This document shows, piece by piece, positions 40,139 to 51,559 of a stretch of 64,000 bases of DNA. The notes under the pieces were generated by a model. It worked only from the letters and a program-made list of their open reading frames with translations. It had not been told where the DNA came from and did not search any database. Position 1 is the first letter of the stretch, and every line of letters starts with the position of its first letter. The DNA is from Hypanus sabinus (lineage: Eukaryota): assembly GCF_030144855.1 (NCBI RefSeq), contig NC_082709.1, positions 148,304,001-148,368,000 of the forward strand, given 5' to 3'. The translations under genes were made by a program, and so were the position numbers.

Positions 40139-40971
40139 TAGAGCTCATATGTCTAAAGATAAACTTGCTCGATTCTATTCTCATATTAACCCTCAATGTG
40201 ACAGATGTCATTCAGAAGTGGCCTCATTGACCCATATGTTCTGGTCATGTCCCACTTTACATAATTATTGGAAGGACATATTTACTACTATTTCCTCAAT
40301 TTGGAATATAGATTTACAACCTCATTCTATTACTGCAATTTTTGGCATACCAAATGAAGATGGTAATCAGTTTTCCCCTTCAATCAGACGAATGATTGCT
40401 TTTGTAACATTAATGGCCAGAAGGTCTATATTACAAAATTGGAAAGAAGTAAATCCTCCTACCACATTTCAATGGCTTTCTCAAACTATTACTTATCTGA
40501 GTTTGGAAAAAATTAGAAGCACTATTTTTGACTCATCAATTAAATTTGAAGAAACTTGGAGACCGTTTATTAGACATTTTCATATGAATTAATTTGGCCT
40601 TTTCCAGACCTTCTCTCTGCTTATTCATGTTCAGGTATGGAGTTCCGGAGTTCTTTGACACTATCATATACTTGTAAACTGTTATTATTGCCCATGTTAG
40701 TTTAGTTTAGTGTTTTATTTTTTTTAATATATATTTTTTTCACATACTTTTAATATTTTTTTTTCTTTTTTAATGGTTATTTTTGTTTTTTTTTTCATAT
40801 AATCATGTGGACTTGATTGATTAAGGTATTCTCTTCTGTTGATGTTTATTAGGATATTGTTATCTTATTATCAATGTGATTTCAAGTCTATTGTATTTAC
40901 AACTTACTTATTACTATGTTATTTTTTTTGTGTATATATGAAAATCAATAAAAAGATTGAAAAAGAAAAAG
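40139..40971 (+). mobile_element. 5'-truncated L1-clade LINE with a perfect 18-bp TSD
   Basis: Uninterrupted ORF2 C-terminus with a zinc-knuckle (CDRC...HMFWSCP) to TAA at 40592; T-rich 3' UTR, AATAAA at 40947, A-rich tail; TSD AATAAATGCCCTTTTCTA at 40121-40138 and 40972-40989. Confidence 0.92.
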
Positions 40972-41065
40972 AATAAATGCCCTTTTCTAACAAACTGTTC
41001 ACGTGCTTCTGGTAATTTGCTAGGTAAGCAGCAGTTTACCTAAAGCGGCTAGATTTCAGTCAGTG

Positions 41066-41159
41066 CAACACACCCAAAATGCTGGAGGAATTCAGCAGGA
41101 CAGGCACCATTTTGTATGTGTGGCTCGGATTTCCAGCACCTGCAGATTTTCTCTTGTTT
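41066..41159 (+). mobile_element. Internally deleted fold-back pLTR element
   Basis: Left arm ACACACCCAAAATGCTGGAGGAATTCAGCAGG joined directly to the right arm ATTTTGTATGTGTGG...CTGCAGATTTTCTCTTG. Confidence 0.7.
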
Positions 41160-41300
41160 GAGGTTTCAGTCAGTCGTAGCCATTCATGTTGTTTCTCATT
41201 TCTAGGTAGGTACAGAATTTATGTTGGCATGGATTTGGTGAATTGCTCTACATCTCACCTGAAGAACAATCCTTTTACTGTTTGTTTTTTTTTCTTGCAG

Positions 41301-41666
41301 ACCTGACCTTGGGACGCATTGTACGAGTCCCAAGAGGTCCCCTGTACCGTGTGGTGAACACCACAGTCAGCATTCCCTGCAACGTCAGCGATTATCAAGG
41401 ACCGAGTGAACAAAATTTTGATTGGATTGTGATTCGTAACGGTGAGCGATCAAATATCATCAGCACATTGGAACCAGAATATTCAGGTCCTAAGTACAAG
41501 GAGAAGGTTCAGAAAAATGAGATTTGGGTGAAGAGACTTAGTGACAGCTCTGTTGAGCTACACTTAAAAAGTGCTCAATTTGAAGATGATGGGGAATATC
41601 AATGCCAAACGCCTAGTACAGATGAAAATAGTAGTGGAAATTATGAAGCCTCTGTGATTTTGAGAG
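41301..41666 (+). CDS. PTGFRN: PTGFRN exon 2, Ig-V domain 1
   Basis: ttcttgcag|AC acceptor and G|gtaagt donor; DLTLGRIVRVPRGPLYRVVNTTVSIPCNVSDYQGPSEQNFDW...DDGEYQCQTPSTD...NYEASVILR. Confidence 0.95.
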
Positions 41667-41874
41667 GTAAGTATTATAAATTGTGCACTAAACTCTGTTA
41701 CATTTTGAGTGTGTCTTTACAAATAACCAATCCATTTTCAGTAATTCCACTCAATGATTTAAAACAAAATAGAGCTTTCACTCCTGCTTCCCCTAACACT
41801 GATCGGTGATACTAACACCACTATCCAGCAGGTATTCACCCACTTTAAATTAAACCAAACAAAAACAGCCGCAG

Positions 41875-43230
41875 ACTTACTCTGGTAACGTTCCTCAACT
41901 CTTTCTGCACTGCATTGACAATTGCATTGGTGCTGCTTCCCAAACCCTTGCTGAGTTTTTCAATTACATCAACTTTGCCTACAACTTCCACGCTGGCCTC
42001 AGATTTACTCCGTGCATCACTGACACCTCTCTCCCCTTCCTCGAATTCTGTGTCTGGAGACGGACTGTCTACTGATATCTTTTATTATCCTACAGACTCT
42101 CATCTCTATCTTGATCATATCTGTTCCCATAAAAATGCCATTCCCTTTTCTCAATTCCACTGACACCACCACGTCTGTTGTCAGGATGAACAGCTTTCTA
42201 TTCCAGAACATCAGAGTTGTCCTCCTCCTCAAAGAACAGGGTTTCCCTTCCTCTGCTATCAATGCGGCCCTCACCTGCATCTTCTCCATTTCCTAGAAGT
42301 CACCTTCGACCCATCTTCCTGCAGCCATAATGTGGATAGAGTTCTCCTTGTCCTTGCCTACCACCCAACAAGCCTCCACATCCAACACATCATTCTTCAT
42401 AGCTTCTGCCATAGTCAACAGGATTATACCACTAAATATATCTTTCCTTCCCCCAAGTCCCCTTTTTCCATATGGATCATTTTCTTTGTTACTCCCTTGT
42501 CCACTCATCCCTCCCCACTGATTTCCCTCCTGGCACTCACCCTGTAAGTGGAGCAAGTGCTGTACTGCCCCAAACCACATCATCGCCACCATGCAGGGCC
42601 CAAACAGGCCTTCCAGGTGAGGCAACTCTTCACCTGTGAGTCTGTTAGGCTCATCGTATCTAGTGTTCACATTGTGGTCTCCTCTCCATCAGTGAGACCT
42701 GACGTAGATGAAGGGATGTCGGTCCATGGTCTCTTCTGCTGCCACGATGAGGCTACCCTCAGGTTGGCAGAGAACACTTCATGTTCCATCTGTGCAGCCT
42801 CCAGCCTGATGGCCTGAGAATCACGTTGTCTAATTTACAATAATTTCTCCACCTCCCCCTTCTCTCTTTTTGCATTCCACTTTTTTGCTCCTCTCATACT
42901 CCTTCTCACCTGCCCATTGCCTTCCTCTGCTGCCCCTTCTCCCATTGTACACTGTTCTCTTCTATCAGATTGCCTCTTTTTCAGCCTTTTATCTCTTCTA
43001 CCTATCACTTCCCAGGTACCTCCCTGCCCCCCCCCCCCCAAACAAAACCTGGCTTTACCTATCACTTGCCAGCTTGTACTCCTTCCCCCTTCCTTTCCAG
43101 TCCAGGTGAAGGGTCTCAGCCTGAAATATTGACTGTTCATTCCTCTCTGTAAATGCTACCTGACTTGCTAAGCTCCTTCTGCATTTTGTGTGTGTTGTTC
43201 TGAATAGCCAGCATGTTTCTGAATAATTCA
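41875..43230 (+). mobile_element. Penelope-like element 3' part (RT C-terminus, GIY-YIG remnant, pLTR with a dead hammerhead)
   Basis: Translation LFLHCIDNCIG (RYIDD-like), LSTDIFYYPTDSHLYLD, KNAIPFSQF and FTCESV; the pLTR core is mutated to CAGGUGA...GAAAUAUU at 43099-43134. Confidence 0.88.
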
Positions 43231-43721
43231 TCATTGATTCTTGAAGGCTGCAAAATTGCCTAGACAGGCAGAAGGTGAGATGCCGTTCCCAAGCTTGCAT
43301 TGAGCCATGTTGTAACAGCGTGGGAGACCACAGACCGTTCCAAGTGAGACAGGGAGTTAAAGTGCCAGGCAACAGAAATAGATAAACATTTGGTTTACAA
43401 AGCAGTTGCTTTATCTGTGTTTGTTTCCTGTGATGTACGGGAAAGCATGCCATGAGCACCAAGTATATCATGATGGATTTGAAGTGAAGTGAATTGCTGC
43501 TTCATCTGGAAGGGAGTTAATGAATTTCTCTTCATTATTGTTTACTTCATACCCAAGATGTAACTACAGAAAACTTGCACAGGCAGAAGCAGTGCAACGT
43601 TTGAAATGTTCGTGCTTTCAAGCCTACCTGAGTACCAACTCTCTCTTCTGCTTCCAGGACACTCATCCTGTTGATGCTCCGCTTCCTGCACTCATGCAAA
43701 ACATGAAAGTTTTATTGTAGG

Positions 43722-44283
43722 CACGACGGGAGGCCTAGGGAGAAAGAAAGAGGGAGGGGGAGCACCAGAGGAAGATGGAAAGCAGGCAAGGAATGATAGT
43801 GAGAGGGACAGAGGGAGATAAAAGAGAAAAAGGGGGGGAATAATAAATAAGGGATGAGGCAAGAAGGGGAGGAGGGGCATTAACAGAAGCTAGAGAAATC
43901 AATGTTCATGCCATCAGGTTGGAGGCTACCCAGATGGAATATAAGATGTTGTCCAGAGGAGGCCATGGATTAGCATATCAGAATGGGAATGGGACGTGGA
44001 ATTCAAGTGTGTGGCGACTGGGAGATCCTGCTTTCTCTGGCGGACAGAGCATAGGTGTTCAATGAAACGGTCTCCCAGTTTGTGTCAGGTCTCACCAATA
44101 TAGAGAAGTCCACACCAGGAGCACCGGATGCAGTATACCACACCAGCCGACTCAAATCTCTTACTATCTCTTCTTTCAGTTAGTCCTGACGAAGGGTCTT
44201 GGCTTGAAACGTCAACTGTACTTCTTCCTATAGATGCTGCCTGGCCTGCTGCATTCCACCAGCACTTTGTGTGTGATGCAAGT
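43722..44283 (-). mobile_element. Penelope-like GIY-YIG fragment with an inverted pLTR at its 5' side
   Basis: Minus strand ESAGVVYCIRCSWCGLLYIGET (GIY-YIG) at about 44155-44085; + strand pLTR at 44165-44283. Confidence 0.85.
44182..44217 (+). ncRNA. Minimal type I hammerhead ribozyme motif (GUC triplet)
   Basis: AGUC CUGACGA A GGG UCUUGG CUU GAAA CGUC AACU: core and ACGU intact, stem II with two G-U pairs, one stem I mismatch. Confidence 0.72.
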
Positions 44284-44289
44284 TTAATT

Positions 44290-45150
44290 AGTCCTTCTGC
44301 CAATTTGCACTCTTCTCACACCTTCACCTGGCTCAGCGACATACCAGTGACAAACGCTCTCTGCAAACCCACATAATCCTACAGTTCTTTTGGCCCTACT
44401 TCCTTCCACTTCCTCCATATTTGTACTGGCGACTATATTTATGTAACCGTTGTCAGAGATCTTTGTCCTCCTCTCGCTCCCACAGTTCGATTTTTAGATC
44501 AAAGGCTGTTCAGGCTTTGCTTTCTTTCTCATCAGCCTCGTGCTTTACAATTTTTGCCATTTTCAATATGATTTCATGTTTTGAAGAGACTATTTCTCCA
44601 TGTGATTTACTCATCTGTTCTTCATTTTATATCAACCACTTCCCTTATTGAAGCTATTTCCCATGCAATATCGTGAGATACAACATCTGTCCTCTCATTT
44701 CTTCCCTTCACTTCCCCCAGAACTGGAACTATCCTTACAGATGAAGAAATAATTTGCTTGCGTGTCTTCTATTCTAATATACTGGATACAGTGTTGACAA
44801 TGTTGTTTCCTCTGCATCAGAGAAAGCAAACATGGATTGCATAGATGCCTTGTGGAGCACCAGTGTTCAGGACCACCCTGGGCTTTGTCATGCAAGCTAC
44901 TATAATTATTTCTATTCCCCTCTGTCTGTGTCCTCCTGCACACTTGTAAATAAGCTCAACATAAGCAAAAGAAACAGCAACTTATCTTCAGCCTGAGTAT
45001 GATTGTATCCTTCCAGACCTTCTTGAATTCTCCAACTTCAGTTAACTTAGTTTTTTGTATCCGTATATGATAAAATTAGCCAGCTCAACTTTGTTATTAA
45101 TTCAGTATCTCTCTCTTAAGCTATCGGACCAGCTGGACATGTCCGACAGC
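44290..45150 (+). mobile_element. Older Penelope-like fragment
   Basis: Degenerate CVSSILIYWIQC*QCCFLCIRESK (GIY-YIG-like). Confidence 0.55.
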
Positions 45151-45367
45151 TGTGCATTGCATAATTTTTATTTTCCTCCTTTGTGGTCTCACCTCCAACT
45201 GCCCTCATTTCTGTTTTAATATACCTTTGTTCAGATTTAATCCCTCCAATTCCCCATGCTGACCTATTGGCTGGGTGATATTGTTTACAACCTTGGCCAC
45301 ACTTTACAGAGAGATGTACTTGAAACTTTAGTTTATTTTCTCTTTATTTATTTGTTAATTTAGAGAA

Positions 45368-45612
45368 GAGCACAGATCCGGCCCTTCTGGCCCAATGAGC
45401 TGCACCTCCCAGAAACCCACCTATTTTAACTTTTGTTTAATCACTGGACAGTTAACACTGATCAATCGGTGGTACTTTGGACTGTGCAAGGAAACCGGAG
45501 CATCCGGAGGAAACCCACGCATGTCACAGGGAGGGCCTATAACCTCCTTCCAGAGGAAGCCAGAATTGAACTCTGAACTCCAATGTGTCATGCTAACCAC
45601 TTGACTACAGTG
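45368..45612 (-). mobile_element. V-SINE-like element
   Basis: Same family as 10765-11020; the minus strand has GTTCAATTC and GCGTGGGTTTCCTCCGGATGCTCCGGTTTCC. Confidence 0.7.
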
Positions 45613-45856
45613 GCTCTCCATGGATGCTACCTGACGTGCTCAGTATTCCCAACAATTTTGCTTTCAACTTCTTTCATCCTTCCGCTTTGTTTGCCTTTTT
45701 AGATTTAGTTAGAATTGAGATAACTGTTACTCAAAGTCAGATCACAAAATCTTCTTTGGTTTATCATTCATTGGTATACATCATTGGCTTTACCCCTCTA
45801 ATCTTCCATGACGGTAGCATCGTAACATAGTGATCAGCGCAGCGCTTTAGAGCAAG

Positions 45857-46617
45857 GTAAGTATGAAGTGGTTCATTTTAGTAGGTCAAATTTGAAGGCA
45901 GAATATAATATTAATGATAAAACTTTTGGCTGTGTGGAGGATCAGAAAGATCATGGGTTCCATGTCCATAGGACACTCAAAGCTGCTGCGCAGGTCGACA
46001 GTGTTGTTAAGAAGGTGTAATGTGTGATGGCCTTTATCAACCGTGGGGTTGAATTCGAAAGCCATGAGGTAATGTTACAGCTATATAAGATCTTAGTCAG
46101 ACCCCACTTGGATTACTGTGTTCAGTTTTGGTCACTTCACTACAGGAAGGAGATTCACAAGGTTGTTAACAGCATTGGAAAACATGCCTTATGAGAATGG
46201 GTTGAATGAAATTGGTCTTTTCTCCTTGAAGGGACAGAGGATGAGAGGTGACCTGATAGAGGTGTATAAGATGATGAGAGGAATTAGGGTTCCTAATGTG
46301 GACAGCCAAAGGCTTTTTTCTAAGGCTGAAATGACTAACACGAGGGAGCATAGTTTTGTGGTGCTTGGAAGTAGGTACAAAGGGGATGTCCGAGATAAGT
46401 TTTTCCACACACAGAGTGGTGGGTGTATGGAATGCACTGCCAGCGATGGTGATAGAGGCGGATACAATAGGTCCTCTAAGAGACTCTTAGATGGGTACAT
46501 GGAAAAATAGATGGTTATGCAGTAGGGAAATTCTATGCAGTTTCTAGAGTAGGTTACATGGTAGGCACAATATTGTGAGCTGAAGGACCTGTGACGTGCT
46601 GTAGACTTCTATGTTCT
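45857..46617 (+). mobile_element. CR1 LINE 3' end inserted into a SINE head
   Basis: KYEVVHF...LYKILVRPHLDYCVQFW...MRGDLIEVYKMMRG; the SINE A-box half is at 45810-45856 and the B-box half (GGGTTCAATTCC) at 46620-46740. Confidence 0.85.
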
Positions 46618-47313
46618 TAGATCGGGGTTCAATTCCTTTCACTGTCTGTATGGAGCTTGTACCTTCTCCCTGTGACTGAGTGAAATGGCGCATTTCAAAG
46701 TGTGTTTCAATGTACGTGTGACAAATAAAACTAATCTTTGTCTTTAATTAGACAATAGATGAGTGAATCTAGTTAAATCAGGGAAAGAAGTCAGCTGATT
46801 GTTTATAGCTTTCATTCTGTAAAGAAAGGCTTCTTTTGTGTCTTCCCTGTGTGGGCATGTTTATCTTTGTTTCTCTTGGACAAACTAGGTGGACTTTGTT
46901 GCTGTATAAATTGACCTCATTGTGTACCTGACATGGAGAATGGGTTGTTTATTTGAGTTCCCTACTCATTCGCCACGGAATATTCAGTCAGCACCTGAGG
47001 TTCAGCCCTCTGGGCTCTTCAGTTCAATTGCTTTGTTGGCTTTTAATTCAGATGTGGCTGATTCCTCTCCTTGTACTATTTGTGCACTGCTTTGTGCACC
47101 CACCCTGTAGAATGCCACCTGATCTATGTTTTTGTTCTCTGAACTGAGTTGCATCTCTGAAATCGAGTAAGGTGGCTTTCAATGTTGTTATGGAGCTGCA
47201 TTAAAACTGTGCAATGTGAAATGCAAGAGGGTTGCAGCTTATCGACCCTGGAATAGTTTGGTCCCATGTCCTCTGTCTCCCAAGCCAAAATTAGCTCAGT
47301 AGGTCAGACAACT

Positions 47314-47390
47314 GAGAGAGAGAGAGGGAGAGGGAGAGGGAGAGGGAGGGAGGGAGAGGGAGAGGGAGAGAGAGAAAGAAACAAACAAAC
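47314..47390. repeat. Polypurine (GA)n/(GGGAGA)n microsatellite
   Basis: Uninterrupted A/G tract with approximate mirror symmetry, followed by (AAAC)3. Confidence 0.9.
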
Positions 47391-47475
47391 TGAGGCTGGC
47401 TAATTTGATAATCTGCAGATAAGGAAAACTTGGAGTAACTGAAGTTGGAGAATTCCTGCGACAGCTCTCCATATA

Positions 47476-48030
47476 GACGTGATCAGTGCAGGGGAGGGCT
47501 TTACCTGTGATGGACTAGACTGTATGCATTATTTTTTGATGGCTTTTCTGTTCAAGGTCATTAGCATTTCTATATCAGGCTGTGATGCAACTAGTCAATA
47601 TACTCTTCACCACACATTTGTAGAGGGTGGTGAAAGTTTTAGATGTCATGCTGAATCTTAGCAAACTCCTGAGGAAGTAGAGGGAATGCTGTGCTTTCTT
47701 TGTAATTGCACTTACATGCTGGGCCCAGCAACTGATAGCACAAAGGAATTTAAAGTTGCTGACCCTCTCCAGCTCTGATCTGCTATTAAGGACTGGCTCG
47801 TGGACCTGTAGTTTCCTCCTCCTCTCGTCAATAATCAGCTCCTTGGTCTTGCTGACAATGAGCGAAAGGTTGTTGTTTTGACACCACTCGGCCAGATTTT
47901 CAATCTCCCTCCTATATGCTGATTCATCACCACCTTTGATTCAGCCTATGACAGTGGGTGTTGTCAGCGAACTTAAATATGGCATCGGAGCTGTACTGAG
48001 CCTCACAGTCACAAGTATAAAGTGAGACTT
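47476..48030 (-). mobile_element. Rex/Babar-like LINE fragment
   Basis: Same family motifs as 36807-37740 on the minus strand. Confidence 0.65.
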
Positions 48031-48597
48031 TTGTATCAAGGTGATCTATTACTGAAGATTGAGGCGTCTTCATAAGGCAAATTGGGTTTTATTTTGGTCG
48101 GTAGATTGATAATCCGATGAGAAAATTTGTGTTCTTTTTTTAAAGGGAGAATGGCTGTGCATTTGGTTGATAGGCCATGGAATGCATTTCCGGAAACAAT
48201 GGACTGCTTTTGAAATGTAAAACATAACAGCAAAATAAAAGTCATTTTATTTTAGTTCACTGGAATCTGCACCAGCTATGGGGCCACTGAGGAACTCTGC
48301 ATACTTGTTCTTGCAGAAACGTGGCTTCATTACAGCATCCCATGCACCATCGATTTTTAGGCATGCTTCTCAGGCACTTGTGCTGTTATTTTTGGGAATG
48401 CACTGCGTGTGACAGTCTGCACTGTGTTTTTCACTTCTGCCCTGAAGGAACACTTTCATTTAGCTGTATACATGTGCATGCATGATTGAAAACAATTGAA
48501 CTTGAACTATTTAGAGGTATACCCAGTGCTTGATTACCCATCCTGTTGTAATATTTTCTCCTTACGATATTTATCTGTTCCTATAGAGTTATGGAGC

Positions 48598-48810
48598 CGG
48601 CTGGTGGTGTAGTGGTATTAGCACTGGACTTTGAGGCAAATGGTCCCAGGTTCAAATCTGGCCGATTCCTTGCCCGCTTTCCATCCCTGCTGGTTTGAGT
48701 GTCAAGCTAACAACACAGCCTCATAATAAAAAAAAGACAAATGCTAAGCAAATGTCAAAAACTGCTGCCCAATGTGCTGCAAGGTGTGAAAAGAAACAAC
48801 AACAATAGTT
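48598..48810 (+). mobile_element. tRNA-Gln(TTG)-like SINE with a 9-bp TSD and (CAA)n tail
   Basis: A box TGGTGTAGTGG, CTGGACTTTGA, B box GGTTCAAATC; TSD TTATGGAGC at 48589-48597 and 48811-48819. Confidence 0.78.
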
Positions 48811-49312
48811 TTATGGAGCTTAGCCACATAGTGAGCTGAAAGCCCTGGTTCAATGTTCATGGTTTCACTTGCCTGCATTAATTCTATATTCCACTGTGCC
48901 CTGATCATTTAAATACCTGTCTAGATGCCTCTTAAAGGTTATTATTCCTGCTTTCACCACCTCATCTGGCAGTTCATTCCAGATACCAATTATACTTTAT
49001 ATGAAACATTTACCCAGCCAAATTTCTTTAAACTTCCTTCCTCTCATCGACCTATAGTTTTAGACACCCCCAACCATGGGAAGCAAAATCTGGCTATCCA
49101 CACTATCGACGCCTCTCATAATTTTATATATCTTTGTCGTGTCATTTGCCATCTTTCCAAACAGATCTGGCAAACTAACCTCTCTTTACAAGAAGCTTTT
49201 TGAATATATATCTATCCTTCATTCTATTAAGCAGTCTGTATTCTAAAGTGTTGTTGAGTAAATGGTATTTTTCCTCATTTTATCTCTGCTTCCTTTTGCT
49301 GCTCACCTTGTA

Positions 49313-50290
49313 GAGTCATAGAACACTACATCATAGAAATAAGCCCTAGGACCAATTTGTCTGTGCTGATATGGTTTTCTACCTAGCTCCCAACTAGCTA
49401 CACCCAGACCCTAGTCCTCCATACCCTTCTCATTCATGTACCTGTCCAACTTTCTGTTAAGTGTTACAATTGAACCCTCATCTTTCACTTATGCTTGCAG
49501 CTCATTCTATACTCATACCACCCTCAGAGTGAAAAAGAACCCCCTCTGATTTCCTAAAATTTCCCCTTTGACCTATGACCTCTAATCCTAGACTTGCCCA
49601 ACTTGAGGTAAAATACCAGCATGCATTCACCCTTTCTATACCCCCTCATGATTTTGTATACCCCTTTAAGAACTCATTCGTTCTCATGCTCCAGGGAATA
49701 AAATCCTAACATATTCAACCTTGCCCTATAATTCTGGTCCCCAAATGCCAGCAACATCCTTGTAACTTTTTTTGCATTCTTTCAAGGTTATTGAAATATT
49801 TCCTGTAGGTAGATGAGCAGAACTAGACATAATACTCCAATGTCTTGTACAACTCAGCATAACATCCCAACATCCCAGTATTCACTGCCCTGATTTATGA
49901 AGGCCGATGTGCTAAAAGCTCTCTTAATGACACTATGTGCGATGGCACTTTCAAGGAATTGTGAATATGTGCTCACAGGTCCTTCTATTTAATGGCAGAC
50001 CTAGAGACTTGCCGTTCACTTTGCAACCTTACCCTGGTTTGTCCTTTTAAAGTGCTATGCCTCACACTTGTTTGCATTAAGCTCCTTCTGTCACTTTTCA
50101 GCCCATTTTCCCATCTGGTAGAGATCAAGCTGCAAGCTTTGATCTGCTTCCTCACTATTTGCTACGCCTCCGTTCTTGATGTCATCTGCAAATGTGTTGA
50201 TCTAGTTTGCCACATAGTCATCAAAATCATTAATATAGCTGCTAAATAATAATGGACGCAGCATTGACCCCTGTAGCACACCAAGTCACA
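49313..50290 (-). mobile_element. CR1 LINE 3' portion
   Basis: CATAGAACA tail on the + strand and degenerate RT motifs on the minus strand. Confidence 0.7.
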
Positions 50291-50515
50291 GCTTTAATCA
50301 TACAGCCAAAATAGTTACAACCATTCATTTAACAATTTCATACATAACGTTTGATGAGAGACTTACAATTTTACAGTTGGCTGTCAGGTATGTGAACCAA
50401 TGGCTGTTGGTAAGACGTCAGAAGAGGTTCTGATTTTTAGATAAATATAATGCCGGTTTAAACGTTCTAGTGGGTTTTTTTCTCTGTCAGTAATCATGGT
50501 GTATTTCTTTATCAG

Positions 50516-50935
50516 TGATTCCCGATAAACTTACTGTATCACCTACAAAGTCCAGAAGTCTGCCGAACAGGAACTACACCGAAGGGAAGGCACTGGAACT
50601 TCAGTGTGTTGCGACAACTTCATCGCCTGTTTCTACCCATCTTTCTGTCAAATGGCAGCTGACTAAAAATGGAGGTGTGATAGAAGACATTCTGTCTTTC
50701 ACTCACGATCAGTTCCTGCCTGGCAGTTCGTACGCAGCCAGGTATCAGCAGGGTGATATCAGAATGAGCCTGGAAAAGAATGGCATTTTTAAGCTCTTTA
50801 TTGGCCACCTGCAGCTTGAGGACAGCGGCTTATACTCTTGTGTGGCAGCAGAGTGGGTCAAGGAAGATGGCTCCACGTGGAAAAAAATTCAGGAGAAAAG
50901 TACAAACATTGCAACGATTGGAGTTCAGTCATTAG
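50516..50935 (+). CDS. PTGFRN: PTGFRN exon 3, Ig-V domain 2 (EWI motif present as EWV)
   Basis: ttctttatcag|TG and G|gtacat; VIPDKLTV...LELQCVATTSSPVSTHLSVKW...DSGLYSCVAAEWV...WKKIQEK. Confidence 0.93.
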
Positions 50936-51559
50936 GTACATCATATTCATAATAATTCTCTTATTTAGAATGGGTTTGATCTTAATGCAAATATCGCTGA
51001 ATATCTATCTTCTATTTTGCTTAATTGACCAGCATTTTGGATGCAGTTGATACCAAAGGCTTTGAGAGCAGGATGCAATTTAAATAATTAATTTTAACAA
51101 CTGCTCAAAACTTGGAAGGTATTCTTTAGGAGGTGAATATGTTCTTGCAAATTATATCTCTGTATCAAAAGACAGATCCAAAAATGGATTAAACATGGAA
51201 AGATTAAGTCAGAGAGCAAGAAGACACGTTTCATGGAATTGTGTCTCATTTTAAATTGGTGATTGATACGGCAATCAGGGGATTCCTCTGGATTGCTCTC
51301 AGGTAATTCATTGCTAATATCAACATTGGAAAAGATTCAAAATCTGGGAGAAGGGGATGGGTATTTAGTTTATAAGACATTTGCTCAAATGCAAATCTAG
51401 TTCAGTGCAAACAAGCTCCGGTTTCTTTTATCAGTTACGGCTGAGGTGCCTCATGGGTGAACTCATTTATCTGCTACAAAGTTTTCGAAACAATAGGGCT
51501 GTTGATTTTTGGAATATTGGGGGGAAATCGTACTAAAGAATATAATTTCTGTATTACAG

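Noticed and set aside
43099-43134. Hammerhead at the end of the long PLE copy as a functional ribozyme
   Set aside because: The core is mutated (CAGGUGA; GAAAUAUU), so it should be inactive.
48598-48670. Functional tRNA-Gln gene
   Set aside because: The anticodon stem does not pair and the sequence runs into a SINE body with a tail and TSD.
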